Positions 29,451 through 44,800 of a stretch of DNA of 64,000 nucleotides are shown here, in pieces; position 1 is the first letter of the stretch, and each line of letters opens with the position of its first letter. Origin of the DNA: Eledone cirrhosa (taxonomy: Eukaryota); contig OZ024743.1 of NCBI GenBank assembly GCA_964016885.1, forward strand, positions 219,790,001-219,854,000. The letters are read 5' to 3'. The position numbers and the translations under genes are program-made. The notes beneath the pieces were generated by a model. That model saw only the letters and a program-made list of their open reading frames with translations, searched no databases and had not been told where the DNA came from.

Positions 29451-30714
29451 GATAGAATGTTATTCGTACGCAAGATAGATTGTTGCATGAACGCCAGATA
29501 GAATTTCTTTAGAACGCCAGATAGAATGTTGTATTAACGCCAGATAGAATGTTGTATGAACGCCACATAGAATGTTGTTAGAAAGCCAGATAGAATGTTG
29601 TGTGAACACCGGATAGAATGTTGTTAGAACGCCGAATAGAATGTTGTTAGAACGCCAGATAGAATGCTGTTAGAACGCCAGATAAAATGTTGTATGAACG
29701 CCAGATAGAATGTTGTTAGACCGCCACATAGAATGTTGTATGAACGCCAGATAGAATGTTGTATGAACGCCAGATAGAATGATGTAAGAACGCCAGATAG
29801 AATGTTGTTAGACCGCCACATAGAATGTTGTATGAACGCCAGATAGAATGTTGTATGAACGCCAGATAGAATGTTGCTAGAACGCCGAATAGAATGTTGT
29901 ATGAACGTCATATAGAATGTTGTATGAACGTCGGATAAAATGTTGTATGATCGCCAGATAGAATGTTGTTAGAACGCCAGATAGAATGTTGTATGAACGC
30001 CAGATAGAATGTTGTTAGAACGCCAGATAGAATTTTGTTAGGACGCCAGATAGAATGTTAATAGTACGCCAGATAGAAAGTTGTATGAACGGCAGATAGA
30101 ATGTTGTATGAACGCCAGACAGAATGTTGTTACAACACCAGATAGAATGTTGTTAGAACCCCAGATAGAAACTTGTATGATCGCCAGATAGAATATTGTA
30201 TGAACGCCAGGTAGAATGTTGTATGAACGCCAGATAGAATGTTGTTAGAACGCCAGATAGAATGCTGTTAGAACGCCAGATAGAATGCTGTTAGAACGCC
30301 AGATAGAATGTTGTATGAACGCCAAATAGAATGTTGTTAAAATGCCAGATAGAATGTTGTTATAACGCCAGATAAAATGTTGTGTGAACGCCAGATAGAA
30401 TGTTGTATGAATGCCAGATAGAATGTTGTTAGAACGCCACATAGAATGTTGTTAGAACGCCAGATAGAATGTTGTATGAACACGAGATAGAATGTTGTAT
30501 GAACGCCAAATAGAATGTGGTGAAAACGTCATATAGAATGTTGTTAGTACGCAAGATAGAATGTTGTATGAACGCCAGATAGAATGTTGTATGAACGCCT
30601 GATAGAATTTTGTTAGAACGCCAGATAGAATGTTGTATGAACGCCAGATAGAATGTTGTATGAACGCCAGATAGAATGTTGTTAGAACGCCAGATAGAAT
30701 CTTGTTAGAAAGCC

Positions 30715-33700
30715 GAATAGAATGTTGTTAGAACGCCAGATAGAATGCTGTTAGAACGCCAGATAAAATGTTGTATGAACGCCAGATAGAATGTTGTTAG
30801 ACCGCCACATAGAATGTTGTATGAACGCCAGATAGAATGTTGTATGAACGCCAGATAGAATGTTGTTAGACCGCCACATAGAATGTTGTATGAACGCCAG
30901 ATAGAATGTTGTATGAACGCCAGATAGAATGATGTTAGAACGCCAGATAGAATGTTGTATGAACGCTAGATAGAATGTTGTATGAACGCCAGATAGAATG
31001 TTGTATGAACGCTAGATAGAATGTTGTATGAACGCCAGATAGAATGTTGTTAGAACGCCGAATAGAATGTTGTTAGAACGCCAGATAGAATGTTGTATGA
31101 TTGCCAGATAGAATTTTGTATGAACGCCGAATAGAATGTTGTTAGAACGCCAGATAGAATGTTGTATGAACACCAGATAGAATGTTGTTAGAACGCCAGA
31201 TAGAATGTTGTATGAACGCCAGATAGAATGTCGTTAGAACGCCAGATAGAATTTTGTTAGGACGCCAGATAGAATGTTATTAGTACGCCAGATAGAATGT
31301 TGTATGAATGCCAGATAGAATGTTGTTACAACACCAGATAGAATGTTGTTAGAACGCCGGATAGAATGTTGTATGAACGCCAGACAGAATGTTGTTACAA
31401 CACCAGATAGAATGTTGTTAGAACCACAGATAGAATGTTGTTAGAACGCCAGATAGAATGTTGTATGAACGCCAGATAGAATATTGTATGAACGCTAGGT
31501 AGAATGTTGTATGAACGCCAGATAGATCGTTGTTAGAACGCCAGATAGAATATTGTATGAACGCCAGATAGAATGTTGTATGAACGCCAGATAGAATGTT
31601 GTTAGAACGCCAGATAGAATGCTGTTAGAACGCCAGATAGAATGCTGTTAGAACGCCAGATAAAATGTTGTATGAACGCCAGATAGAATGTTGTATGAAC
31701 GCCAGATAGAATGTTGTTAGAATGCCACATAGAATGTTGTTAGAACGCCTGATAGAATGTTGTTAGAACGCCTGATAGAATGTTGTTAGAACGCCAGATA
31801 AAATGTTGTATGAACGCCAGATAGAATGTTGTTAGAATGCCACATAGAATGTTGTTAGAACGCCTGATAGAATGTTGTTACAACGCCTGATAGAATGTTG
31901 TTAGAACGCCAGATAGAATTTTGTTAGAACGCCAGATAGAATGATGTATGAACGCCAGATAGAATGTTGTATGAACGCCAGATAGAATGTTGTATGAACA
32001 CCGGATAGAATGTTGTTAGAACGCCGAATAGAATGTTGTATGAACGCCGGATAGAATGTTGTTAGAACGCCAGATAGAATATTGTTAGAACGCCGAATAG
32101 AATGTTGTTAGAACACCAGATAGAATGTTGTATGAACGCCACATAGAATGTTGTATGAACGCCAGATAGAATGTTGTATGAATGCCAGATAGAATTTTGT
32201 TAGAACGCCAGATAGAATGTTGTTAGAACGCCGAATAGAATGTTGTTAGAACGCCAGATAGAATGCTGTTAGAACGCCAGATAAAATGTTGTATGAACGC
32301 CAGATAGAATGTTGTTAGACCGCCACATAGAATGTTGTATGAACGCCAGATAGAATGTTGTATGAACGCCAGATAGAATGTTGTTAGACCGCCACATAGA
32401 ATGTTGTATGAACGCCAGATAGAATGTTGTATGAACGCCAGATAGAATGATGTTAGAACGCCAGATAGAATGTTGTATGAACGCTAGATAGAATGTTGTA
32501 TGAACGCCAGATAGAATGTTGTATGAACGCTAGATAGAATGTTGTATGAACGCCAGATAGAATGTTGTTAGAACGCCGAATAGAATGTTGTTAGAACGCC
32601 AGATAGAATGTTGTATGATTGCCAGATAGAATTTTGTATGAACGCCGAATAGAATGTTGTTAGAACGCCAGATAGAATGTTGTATGAACACCAGATAGAA
32701 TGTTGTTCGAACGCCAGATAGAATGTTGTATGAACGCCAGATAGAATGTCGTTAGAACGCCAGATAGAATTTTGTTAGGACGCCAGATAGAATGTTATTA
32801 GTACGCCAGATAGAATGTTGTATGAATGCCAGATAGAATGTTGTTACAACACCAGATAGAATGTTGTTAGAACGCCGGATAGAATGTTGTATGAACGCCA
32901 GACAGAATGTTGTTACAACACCAGATAGAATGTTGTTAGAACCACAGATAGAATGTTGTTAGAACGCCAGATAGAATGTTGTATGAACGCCAGATAGAAT
33001 ATTGTATGAACGCCAGGTAGAATGTTGTATGAACGCCAGATAGATCGTTGTTAGAACGCCAGATAGAATATTGTATGAACGCCAGATAGAATGTTGTATG
33101 AACGCCAGATAGAATGTTGTTAGAACGCCAGATAGAATGCTGTTAGAACGCCAGATAGAATGCTGTTAGAACGCCAGATAAAATGTTGTATGAACGCCAG
33201 ATAGAATGTTGTATGAACGCCAGATAGAATGTTGTTAGAATGCCACATAGAATGTTGTTAGAATGCCTGATAGAATGTTGTTAGAACGCCTGATAGAATG
33301 TTGTTAGAACGCCAGATAAAATGTTGTATGAACGCCAGATAGAATGTTGTTAGAATGCCACATAGAATGTTATTAGAACGCCTGATAGAATGTTGTTACA
33401 ACGCCTGATAGAATGTTGTTAGAACGCCAGATAGAATTTTGTTAGAACGCCAGATAGAATGATGTATGAACGTCAGATAGAATGTTGTATGAACGCCAGA
33501 TAGAATGTTGTATGAACACCGGATAGAATGTTGTTAGAACGCCGAATAGAATGTTGTATGAACGCCGGATAGAATGTTGTTAGAATGCCAGATAGAATAT
33601 TGTTAGAACGCCGAATAGAATGTTGTTAGAACACCAGATAGAATGTTGTATGAACGCCACATAGAATGTTGTATGAACGCCAGATAGAATGTTGTATGAA

Positions 33701-33770
33701 TGCCAGATAGAATTTTGTTAGACCGCCAGATAGAATGTTGTTAGAACGCCGAATAGAATGTTGTTAGAAC
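30715..33770. repeat. Tandem duplication, unit 1,518 bp (exactly 66 monomers)
   Basis: Private variants recur at offset 1518: GCTAGATAG at 30965/32483 and TAGATCGTT at 31525/33043. TATGATTGCC, GAACCACAG and AGGTAG also recur in both copies. Confidence 0.93.
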
Positions 33771-36700
33771 ACCAGATAGAATGTTGTATGAACACCGGAT
33801 AGAATGTTGTATGAATGCTAGATAGAATGTTGTTAGAACGCCGAATAGAATGTTGTTAGAACGCCAGATAGAATGTTGTATGAACGCCAGATAGAATGTT
33901 GTTAAAACTCCAGATAGAATGTTTTTATAACGCCAGATATAATGTTGTTATAACGCCAGATAGAATGTTGTTAGAACGCCACATAGAATGTTGTTAGAAC
34001 GCCAGATAGAATGTTCTTAGAACGCCAAATAGAATGTTCTTAGAACGCCAGATAGAATGTTCTATGAACGCCAGATAGAATGTTGTTAAAACGCCAGATA
34101 TAATGTTGTTATAACGCCAGATAAAATGTTGTGTGAACGCCAGATAGAATGTTGTATGAACGCCAGATATAATGTGGTTAGAACACCAGATAGAATGTTG
34201 TATGAACGCCTGGCAGATAGAATTTTCTTAGAACGCCAGATAGAATGATGTATGAACGCCAGATAGAATGTTGTATGAACGCCAGATAGAACCTTGTTAG
34301 AACGCCAGATAGAATGTTGTATGAACACCGGATAGAACGTTGTTAGAACGCCAGATGGAATGTTGTATGAACACCAGATAGAATGTTGTATGAACGCCAA
34401 ATAGAATGTGGTTAAAACGTCAGATAAAATGTTGTTAGAACGCCAGATAGAATGTTATTAGTACGCCAGATAGAATGTTGTATGAACGCCAGATATAATG
34501 TTGTTAGAACACCAGATAGAATGTTGTTAGAACGTCAGATAGAATGTTGTTACAACGCCAGATAGAATGTTGTTAGAACGCCAAATGGAATTTTGTTAGA
34601 ACGCCAGATAGAATGATGTATGAACGCCAGATATAATGTGGTTAGAACACCAGATAGAATGTTGTATGAACGCCTGCCAGATAGAATTTTCTCAGAACGC
34701 CAGATAGAATGATGTATGAACGCCAGATAGAATGTTGTATGAACGCCAGATAGAACGTTGTTAGAACGCCAGATAGAATGTTGTATGAACACCGGATAGA
34801 ACGTTGTTAGAACGCCAGATAGAATGTTGTATGAACACCGGCTAGAATGTTGTTAGAACGCCGAATAGAATGTTGTTAGAACGCCAGATAGAATGCGGTT
34901 AGAACGCCAGATAAAATGTTGTATGAACGCCAGATAGAATGTTGTATGAAGGCCAGATAGAATGATGTTAGAACGCCAGATAGAATGTTGTTAGACCGCC
35001 ACATAGAATGTTGTATGAACGCCAGATAGAATGTTGTATGAACGCCAGATAGAATGTTGTATGAACGCCAGATAGAATGTTGTATGAACGTCATATAGAA
35101 TGTTGTATGAACGCCAGATAGAATGTTGTTACAACGCCAGATAGAATGTTGTTAGAACGCCAGATAGAATGTTGTATGAACGCCAGATAGAATGTTGTTA
35201 GAACGCCAGATAGAATTTTGTTAGGACGACAGATAGAATGTTGTATGAACGCCAGACAGAATGTTGTTACAACACCAGATAGAATGTTGTTAGAACCCCA
35301 GATAGAATGTTGTTAGAACGCCAGATAGAATTTTGTATGAACACCGGATAGAATGTTGTTAGAACGCCGAATAGAATGTTGTGAGAACGACAGATAGAAT
35401 ATTGTACGAACGCCGGATAGAATGTTGTTAGAACGCCGAATAGAATGTTGTTAGAACGCCAGATAGAATGTTGTATGAACGCCAGATAGAATGCTGTTAG
35501 AACGCCAGATAGAATGCTGTTAGAATGCCAGATAGAATGCTGTTAGAACGCCAGATAAAATATTGTATGAACGCCAGATAGAATGTTGTTAGAACGCCAC
35601 ATAGAATGTTGTTAGAACGCGTGATAGAATGTTGTATGAATGCCAGATAGAATTTTGTTAGAACGCCAGATAGAATTTTGTTAGAACGCCAGATAGAATG
35701 ATGTATGAACGCCAGATAGAATGTTGTATGAACGCCAGATAGAACGTTGTTAGAACGCCAGATAGAATGTTGTATGAACACCGGATAGAATGTTGTTAGA
35801 ACGCCGAATAGAATGTTGTTAGAACGCCAGATAGAATGTTGTTAGAACGCCAGATAGAATGTTGTATGTACGCCAGATAGAATGTTGTATGAACACCGGA
35901 TAGAATGTTGTTAGAACGCCGAATAGAATGTTGTTAGAACGAGAGATAGAATGTTGTATGTACGCCGGATAGAATGTTGTTAGAACGCCGAATAGAATGT
36001 TGTTAGAATGCCAGATAGAATGTTGTATGAACGCCAGATAGAATGTTGTTAGAACGCCAGATAGAATGTTGTTAGAACGCCAGATAGAATGTTGTATGAA
36101 CGCCAGATAGAATGTTTTATGAACGCCAGATAGAAGTTTGTATGAACGCCAGATAGTATGTTGTATGAACGCCAGATAGAATGTTGTATGAACACCGGAC
36201 ATAATGTTGTTAGAACGCCGAATAGAATTTTGTTAGAACGCCAGATAGAATGTTGTATGAACACCAGATAGAATGTTGTTAGAACGCCAGATGGAATGTT
36301 GTTAGAACGCCAGATAGAATGTTGTTAGAACGCCAGATAGAATGTTGTTAGAACGCCAGATAGAATGTTGTTAGAACGCCAGATAGAATGTTGTATGAAC
36401 GCCAGATAGAATGTTGTTAGAACGCCAGATAGAATTTTGTTAGAACACCAGATAGAATGTTGTATGAACGCCAGACAGAATGTTGTTAGAACGCCAGATA
36501 GAATGTTGTATGAATGCCAGATAGAATGTTGTTAGAACACCAGATAGAATGTTGTTAGAACACCGGATAGAATGTTGTTAGAACGCCAGATAGAATGTTA
36601 TTAGTCCGCCAGATTGAATGTTGTATGAATGCCAGATAGAATGTTGTTAGAACGCCAGATAGAATGTTGTTAGAACGCCAGATAGAATGTTGTATGAACG

Positions 36701-38899
36701 CCAGACAGAATGTTGTTAGAACGCCAGATAGAATGTTGTATGAATGCCAGATAGAATGTTGTTAGAACACCAGATAGAATGTTGTTAGAACACCAGATAG
36801 AATGTTGTTAGAAGCCCAGATAGAATGTTGTTAGAACGCCAGATAGAATTTTGTATGAACACCGGATAGAATGTTGTTAGAACGCCGATTAGAATGTTGT
36901 GAGAACGACAGATAGAATATTGTACGAACGCCGGATAGAATGTTGTTAGAACGCCGAATAGAATGTTGTTAGAACGCCAGATAGAATGTTGTATGAACGC
37001 CAGATAGAATGTTGTTAGAACGCCAGAGAGAATGCTGTTAGAATGCCAGATAGAATGCTGTTAGAACGCCAGATAAAATGTTGTATGAACGCCAGATAGA
37101 ATGTTGTTAGAACGCCACATAGAATGTTGTTAGAACGCCTGATAGAATGTTGTATGAACGCCAGATAGAATGTTGTTAGAACGCCAGATAGAATGTTGTA
37201 TGAACACCGGATAGAATGTTGTTAGAACGCCGAATAGAATGTTGTTAGAACGAGAGATAGAATGTTGTATGTACGCCGGATAGAATGTTGTTAGAACGCC
37301 GAATAGAATGTTGTTAGAACGCCAGATAGAATGTTGTATGAACGCCAGATAGAATGTTGTTAGAACGCCAGATAGAATGTTGTTAGAACGCCAGATAGAA
37401 TGTTGTATGTACGCCAGATAGAATGTTGTATGAACGTCAGATAGAATTTTGTATGAACGCCAGATAGAATGTTGTATGAACGCCAGATAGATTGTTGTTA
37501 GAACGCCAGATAGAATGTTGTTAGAACGCCAGATAGAATTTTGTATGAACGCCAGATAGAATTTTGTATGAACGCCAGATAGAATGTTGTATGAACGCCA
37601 GATAGAATGTTGTTAGAACGCCAGATAGAATGTTGTATGAACGCCAGATAGAATTTTGTATGAACGCCAGATAGAATGTTGTATGAACGCCAGATAGAAT
37701 GTTGTTAGAACACCAGATAGAATGTTGTATGAACGCCAGATAGAATGTTGTTAGAACGCCAGATAGAATGTTGTATGTACGCCAGATAGAATGTTGTATG
37801 AACGCCAGATAGAATTTTGTATGAACGCCAGATAGAATGTTGTATGTACACCGGATAGAATGTTGTATGAATGCCAGATAGAATGTTGTATGAATGCCAG
37901 ATAGAATTTTGTTAGAACGCCAGATAGAATGATGTATGAACGCCAGATAGAATGTTGTATGAACGCCAGATAGAACGTTGTTAGCACGCCAGATAGAATG
38001 TTGTATGAACACCGGATAGAATGTTGTTAGAACGCCGAATAGAATGTTGTTAGAACGAGAGATAGAATGTTGTATGTACGCCGGATAGAATGTTGTTAGA
38101 ACGCCGAATAGAATGTTGTTAGAACGCCAGATAGAATGTTGTATGAACGCCAGATAGAATGTTGTATGAACGCCAGATAGAATGTTGTATGAACGCCAGA
38201 TAGAATGTTGTATGAACGCCAGATAGAATGTTGTATGAACGCCAGATAGAAGTTTGTATGAACGCCAGATAGAATGTTGTATGAACGCCAGATAGAATGT
38301 TGTATGAACACCGGACATAATGTTGTTAGAACGCCGAATAGAATTTTGTTAGAACGCCAGATAGAATGTTGTATGAACGCCAGATAGAATGTTGTATGAA
38401 CGCCAGATAGAATGTTGTATGAACGTCATATAGAATGTCGTATGAACGCCAGATAGAATGTTGTTACAACGCCAGATAGAATGTTGTTAGAACGCCAGAT
38501 AGAATGTTGTATGAATGCCAGATAGAATGTCGTTAGAACACCAGATAGAATGTTGTTAGAACGCCAGATAGAATGTTGTATGAACGCCAGTCAGAATGTT
38601 GTTACAACACCAGATAGAATGTTGTTAGAACCCCAGATAGAATGTTGTTAGAACGCCAGATAGAATTTTGTATGAACACCGGATAGAATGTTGTTAGAAC
38701 GACAGATAGAATATTGTACGAACGCCAGATAGAATTTTGTATGAACACCAGATAGAATGTTGTTAGAACGCCGAATAGAATGTTGTTAGAACGCCAGATA
38801 TAATGTTGTATGAACGCCAGATAGAATGCTGTTAGAATGCCAGATAGAATGCTGTTAGAACGCCAGATAAAATGTTGTATGAACGCCAGATAGAATGTT

Positions 38900-41800
38900 G
38901 TTAGAACGCCACATAGAATGTTGTTAGAACGCCTGATAGAATGTTGTATGAACGCCAGATAGAATGTTGTTAGAACGCCAGATAGAATTTTGTTAGAACA
39001 CCGGATAGAATGTTGTTAGAACGCCGAATAGAATGTTGTTAGAACGAGAGATAGAATGTTGTATGTACGCCGGATAGAATGTTGTTAGAACGCCGAATAG
39101 CATGTTGTTAGAACGCCAGATAGAATGTTGTATGAACGCCAGATAGAATGTTGTTAGAACGCCAGATAGAATGTTGTTAGAACGCCAGATAGAATGTTGT
39201 ATGTACGCCAGATAGAATGTTGTATGAACACCGGATATAATGTTGTTAGAACGCCGAATAGAATTTTGTTAGAACGCCGGATAGAATGTTGTATGAACGC
39301 CAGATAGAATGTTGTTAGAACGCCAGATAGAATGTTGTTAGAACGCCAGATAGAATGTTGTATGAACGCCAGATAGAATGTTGTATGAACGCCAGATAGA
39401 ATTTTGTATGAACGCCAGATAGAATGTTGTATGAACGCCAGATAGAATTTTGTTAGAACGCCAAATAGTATGTTGTATGAACGGCAGATAGAATGTTGTA
39501 TGAACACCGGATATAATGTTGTTAGAACGCCGAATAGAATTTTGTTAGAACGCCAGATAGAATGTTGTATGAACGCCAGAGAGAATGTTGTTAAAACGCC
39601 AGATAGAATGTTGTTATAACGCCAGATAGAATGTTGTTAGAACGCCACATAGAATGTTGTTAAAACGCCAGATAGAATGTTGTATGAACACCGGATAGAA
39701 TGATGTATGAACGCCAGATAGAATGTTGTATGAACGCGAGATAGAACGTTGTTAGAACGCCAGATAGAACGTTGTTAGAACGCCGAATAGAATGTTGTCA
39801 GAACGCCAGTTAGAATGTTCGTAGAACGCCAGACAGAATGTTGTATGAACGCTAGATAGAATGTTGTATGAACACCAGATAGAATGTTGTATGAACGCCT
39901 AGAACGCCACATAGAATGTTGTTAGAACGCCAGATAGAATGTTATTAGTACGCCAGATAGAATGTTATATGAACGCCAGATAGAATGTTGTATGAACGCC
40001 GGATAGAATGTTGTATGAACGCCAGATAAAATGTTGTTAGAACGCCAGATAGAATGTTGTATGAACGCCAGATAGAATGTTGTTAGAACGCCAAATAGAA
40101 TTTTGTTAGGACGCCAGATAGAATGTTATTAGTACGCCAGATAGAACGTTGTATGAATGCCAGATAGAATGTTGTTAGAACACCAGATAGAATGTTGTTA
40201 GAACGCCAGATAGAATGTTGTATGAACGCCAGACAGAATGTTGTTACAACACCAGATAGAATGTTGTTAGAACCCCAGATAGAATGTTGTTAGAACGCCA
40301 GATAGAATGTTGTATGAACGCCAGATAGAATATTGTATGAACGCCAAATAGAACGTTGTATGAACGCCAGATAGAATATTGTATGAACGCCAGATAGAAC
40401 GTTGTTAGAACGCCAGATAGAATGTTGTTAGAACGCCGAATAGAATGTTGTGAGAACGACAGATAGAATACTGTACGAACGCCGGATAGAATGTTGTTAG
40501 AACGCCGAATAGAATGTTGTTAGAACGCCAGATAGAATGTTGTATGAACGCCAGATAGAATGTTGTTAGAACGCCAGATAGAATGCTGTTAGAACGCCAG
40601 ATAGAATGCTGTTAGAACGCCAGATAAAATATTGTATGAACGCCAGATAAAATGTTGTATGAACGCCAGATAGAATGTTGTTAGAACGCCAGATAGAATA
40701 TTGTATGAACACCGGATAGAATGTTGTTAGAACGCCGAATAGAATGTTGTTAGAACGCCAGATAGAATGCTGTTATAACGCCAGATAAAATGCTGTGTGA
40801 ACGCCAGATAGAATGTTGTATGAACGCCAGATAGAATGTTGTTAGAACGCCACATAGAATGTTGTATGAACGCCAGATAGAATGTTGTATGAACGCCAGA
40901 TAGAATGTGCTTAGAACGCCAAATAGAATGTTCTTAGAACGCCAGATAGAATGTTGTTAGAACGCCAGATAGAATGCTGTTATAACGCCAGATAAAATGT
41001 TGTGTGAACGCCAGATAGAATGTTGTATGAACGCCAGATAGAATGTTGTTAGAACGCCACATAGAATGTTGTTTGTTAGAACGCCAGATAGAATTTTGTA
41101 TGAACGCCAGATAGAATGTTGTATGAACGCCAGATAGAATGTTGTCTGAACGCCAAATAGAATGTTGTTAAAACGTCAGATAGAATGTTGTTAGAAAGCC
41201 AGATAGAATATTGTCTGAACGCCAGCTAGAATGTTGTTAGAACGCCAGATAGAATTTTGTATGAACGCCAGATAGAACGTTGTTAGAACGCCAGATAGAA
41301 TGTTGTATGAACGCCAGATAGAATGTTGTATGAACGCCAGATAGAATGTTGTATGAACGCCAGATAGAATGTTGTATGAACGGCAGATAGAATGTTGTTA
41401 GAACGCCGAATAGAATGTTGTTAGAACGCCAGATAGAATGTTGTATGAACGCCAGATAGAATGTTGTATGAACGTCATATAGAATGTTGCATGAACGCCA
41501 GATAGAATGTGGTATGAACGCCAGATAGAATGTTGTTAGAACGCCAGATAGAATGTTGTATGAACGTCATATAGAATGTTGCATGAACGCCGGATAGAAT
41601 GTTGTATGAATGCCAGATAGAATGTTGCATGAACGCCAGATAGAATATTGTATGAACGCCAGATAGAACGTTGTATGAACGCCAGATAGAATATTGTATG
41701 AACGCCAGATAGAACGTTGTTAGAACGCCAGATAGAATGTTGTTAGAACGCCGAATAGAATGTAGTGAGAACGACAGATAGAATATTGTACGAACGCCGG

Positions 41801-44800
41801 ATAGAATGTTGTTAGAACGCCGAATAGAATGTTGTTAGAACGCCAGATAGAATGTTGTATGAACGCCAGTTAGAATGTTGTTAGAACGCCAGATAGAATG
41901 TTGTTAGAACGCCAGATAGAATGTTGTTAGAACGCCAGATAGAATGTTGTTAGAACGCCAGATAGAATGTTGTATGAACACCGGACATAATGTTGTTAGA
42001 ACGCCGAATAGAATGTTGTGAGAACGACAGATAGAATATTGTACGAACGCCGGATAGAATGTTGTTAGAACGCCGAATAGAATGTTGTTAGAACGCCAGA
42101 TAGAATGTTGTATGAACGCCAGATAGAATGTTGTTAGAACGCCAGAGAGAATGCTGTTAGAATGCCAGATAGAATGCTCTTAGAACGCCAGATAAAATGT
42201 TGTATGAACGCCAGATAGAATGTTGTTAGAACGCCACATAGAATGTTGTTAGAACGCCTGATAGAATGTTGTATGAACGCCAGATAGAATGTTGTTAGAA
42301 CGCCAGATAGAATGTTGTATGAACACCGGATAGAATGTTGTTAGAACGCCGAATAGAATGTTGTTAGAACGAGAGATAGAATGTTGTATGTACGCCGGAT
42401 AGAATGTTGTTAGAACGCCGAATAGAATGTTGTTAGAACGCCAGATAGAATGTTGTATGAACGCCAGATAGAATGTTGTTAGAACGCCAGATAGAATGTT
42501 GTTAGAACGCCAGATAGAATGTTGTATGAACGCCAGATAGAATGTTGTATGAACGCCAGATAGAATTTTGTATGAACGCCAGATAGAATGTTGTATGAAC
42601 GCCAGATAGAATTTTGTTAGAACGCCAAATAGTATGTTGTATGAACGGCAGATAGAATGTTGTATGAACACCGGATATAATGTTGTTAGAACGCCGAATA
42701 GAATTTTGTTAGAACGCCAGATAGAATGTTGTATGAACGCCAGAGAGAATGTTGTTAAAACGCCAGATAGAATGTTGTTATAACGCCAGATAGAATGTTG
42801 TTAGAACGCCACATAGAATGTTGTTAAAACGCCAGATAGAATGTTGTATGAACACCGGATAGAATGATGTATGAACGCCAGATAGAATGTTGTATGAACG
42901 CGAGATAGAACGTTGTTAGAACGCCAGATAGAACGTTGTTAGAACGCCGAATAGAATGTTGTCAGAACGCCAGTTAGAATGTTCGTAGAACGCCAGACAG
43001 AATGTTGTATGAACGCTGGATAGAATGTTGTATGAACACCAGATAGAATGTTGTATGAACGCCTAGAACGCCACATAGAATGTTGTTAGAACGCCAGATA
43101 GAATGTTATTAGTACGCCAGATAGAATGTTATATGAACGCCAGATAGAATGTTGTATGAACGCCGGATAGAATGTTGTATGAACGCCAGATAAAATGTTG
43201 TTAGAACGCCAGATAGAATGTTGTATGAACGCCAGATAGAATGTTGTTAGAACGCCAAATAGAATTTTGTTAGGACGCCAGATAGAATGTTATTAGTACG
43301 CCAGATAGAACGTTGTATGAATGCCAGATAGAATGTTGTTAGAACACCAGATAGAATGTTGTTAGAACGCCAGATAGAATGTTGTATGAACGCCAGACAG
43401 AATGTTGTTACAACACCAGATAGAATGTTGTTAGAACCCCAGATAGAATGTTGTTAGAACGCCAGATAGAATGTTGTATGAACGCCAGATAGAATATTGT
43501 ATGAACGCCAAATAGAACGTTGTATGAACGCCAGATAGAATATTGTATGAACGCCAGATAGAACGTTGTTAGAACGCCAGATAGAATGTTGTTAGAACGC
43601 CGAATAGAATGTTGTGAGAACGACAGATAGAATACTGTACGAACGCCGGATAGAATGTTGTTAGAACGCCGAATAGAATGTTGTTAGAACGCCAGATAGA
43701 ATGTTGTATGAACGCCAGATAGAATGTTGTTAGAACGCCAGATAGAATGCTGTTAGAACGCCAGATAGAATGCTGTTAGAACGCCAGATAAAATATTGTA
43801 TGAACGCCAGATAAAATGTTGTATGAACGCCAGATAGAATGTTGTTAGAACGCCAGATAGAATATTGTATGAACACCGGATAGAATGTTGTTAGAACGCC
43901 GAATAGAATGTTGTTAGAACGCCAGATAGAATGCTGTTATAACGCCAGATAAAATGCTGTGTGAACGCCAGATAGAATGTTGTATGAACGCCAGATAGAA
44001 TGTTGTTAGAACGCCACATAGAATGTTGTATGAACGCCAGATAGAATGTTGTATGAACGCCAGATAGAATGTTCTTAGAACGCCAAATAGAATGTTCTTA
44101 GAACGCCAGATAGAATGTTGTTAGAACGCCAGATAGAATGCTGTTATAACGCCAGATAAAATGTTGTGTGAACGCCAGATAGAATGTTGTATGAACGCCA
44201 GATAGAATGTTGTTAGAACGCCACATAGAATGTTGTTTGTTAGAACGCCAGATAGAATTTTGTATGAACGCCAGATAGAATGTTGTATGAACGCCAGATA
44301 GAATGTTGTCTGAACGCCAAATAGAATGTTGTTAAAACGTCAGATAGAATGTTGTTAGAAAGCCAGATAGAATATTGTCTGAACGCCAGCTAGAATGTTG
44401 TTAGAACGCCAGATAGAATTTTGTATGAACGCCAGATAGAACGTTGTTAGAACGCCAGATAGAATGTTGTATGAACGCCAGATAGAATGTTGTATGAACG
44501 CCAGATAGAATGTTGTATGAACGCCAGATAGAATGTTGTATGAACGGCAGATAGAATGTTGTTAGAACGCCGAATAGAATGTTGTTAGAACGCCAGATAG
44601 AATGTTGTATGAACGCCAGATAGAATGTTGTATGAACGTCATATAGAATGTTGCATGAACGCCAGATAGAATGTGGTATGAACGCCAGATAGAATGTTGT
44701 TAGAACGCCAGATAGAATGTTGTATGAACGTCATATAGAATGTTGCATGAACGCCGGATAGAATGTTGTATGAATGCCAGATAGAATGTTGCATGAACGC

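Noticed and set aside
37521-38318. Longest ORF (265 aa, minus strand) and all other listed ORFs as genes
   Set aside because: They are translations of the satellite. An ORF stays open as long as every third monomer is not TA-type. About 11 successes at p~0.5 over ~2,800 starts is expected roughly once by chance. There is no unique domain, starts come from sporadic variants, and overlapping frames give the same peptide.
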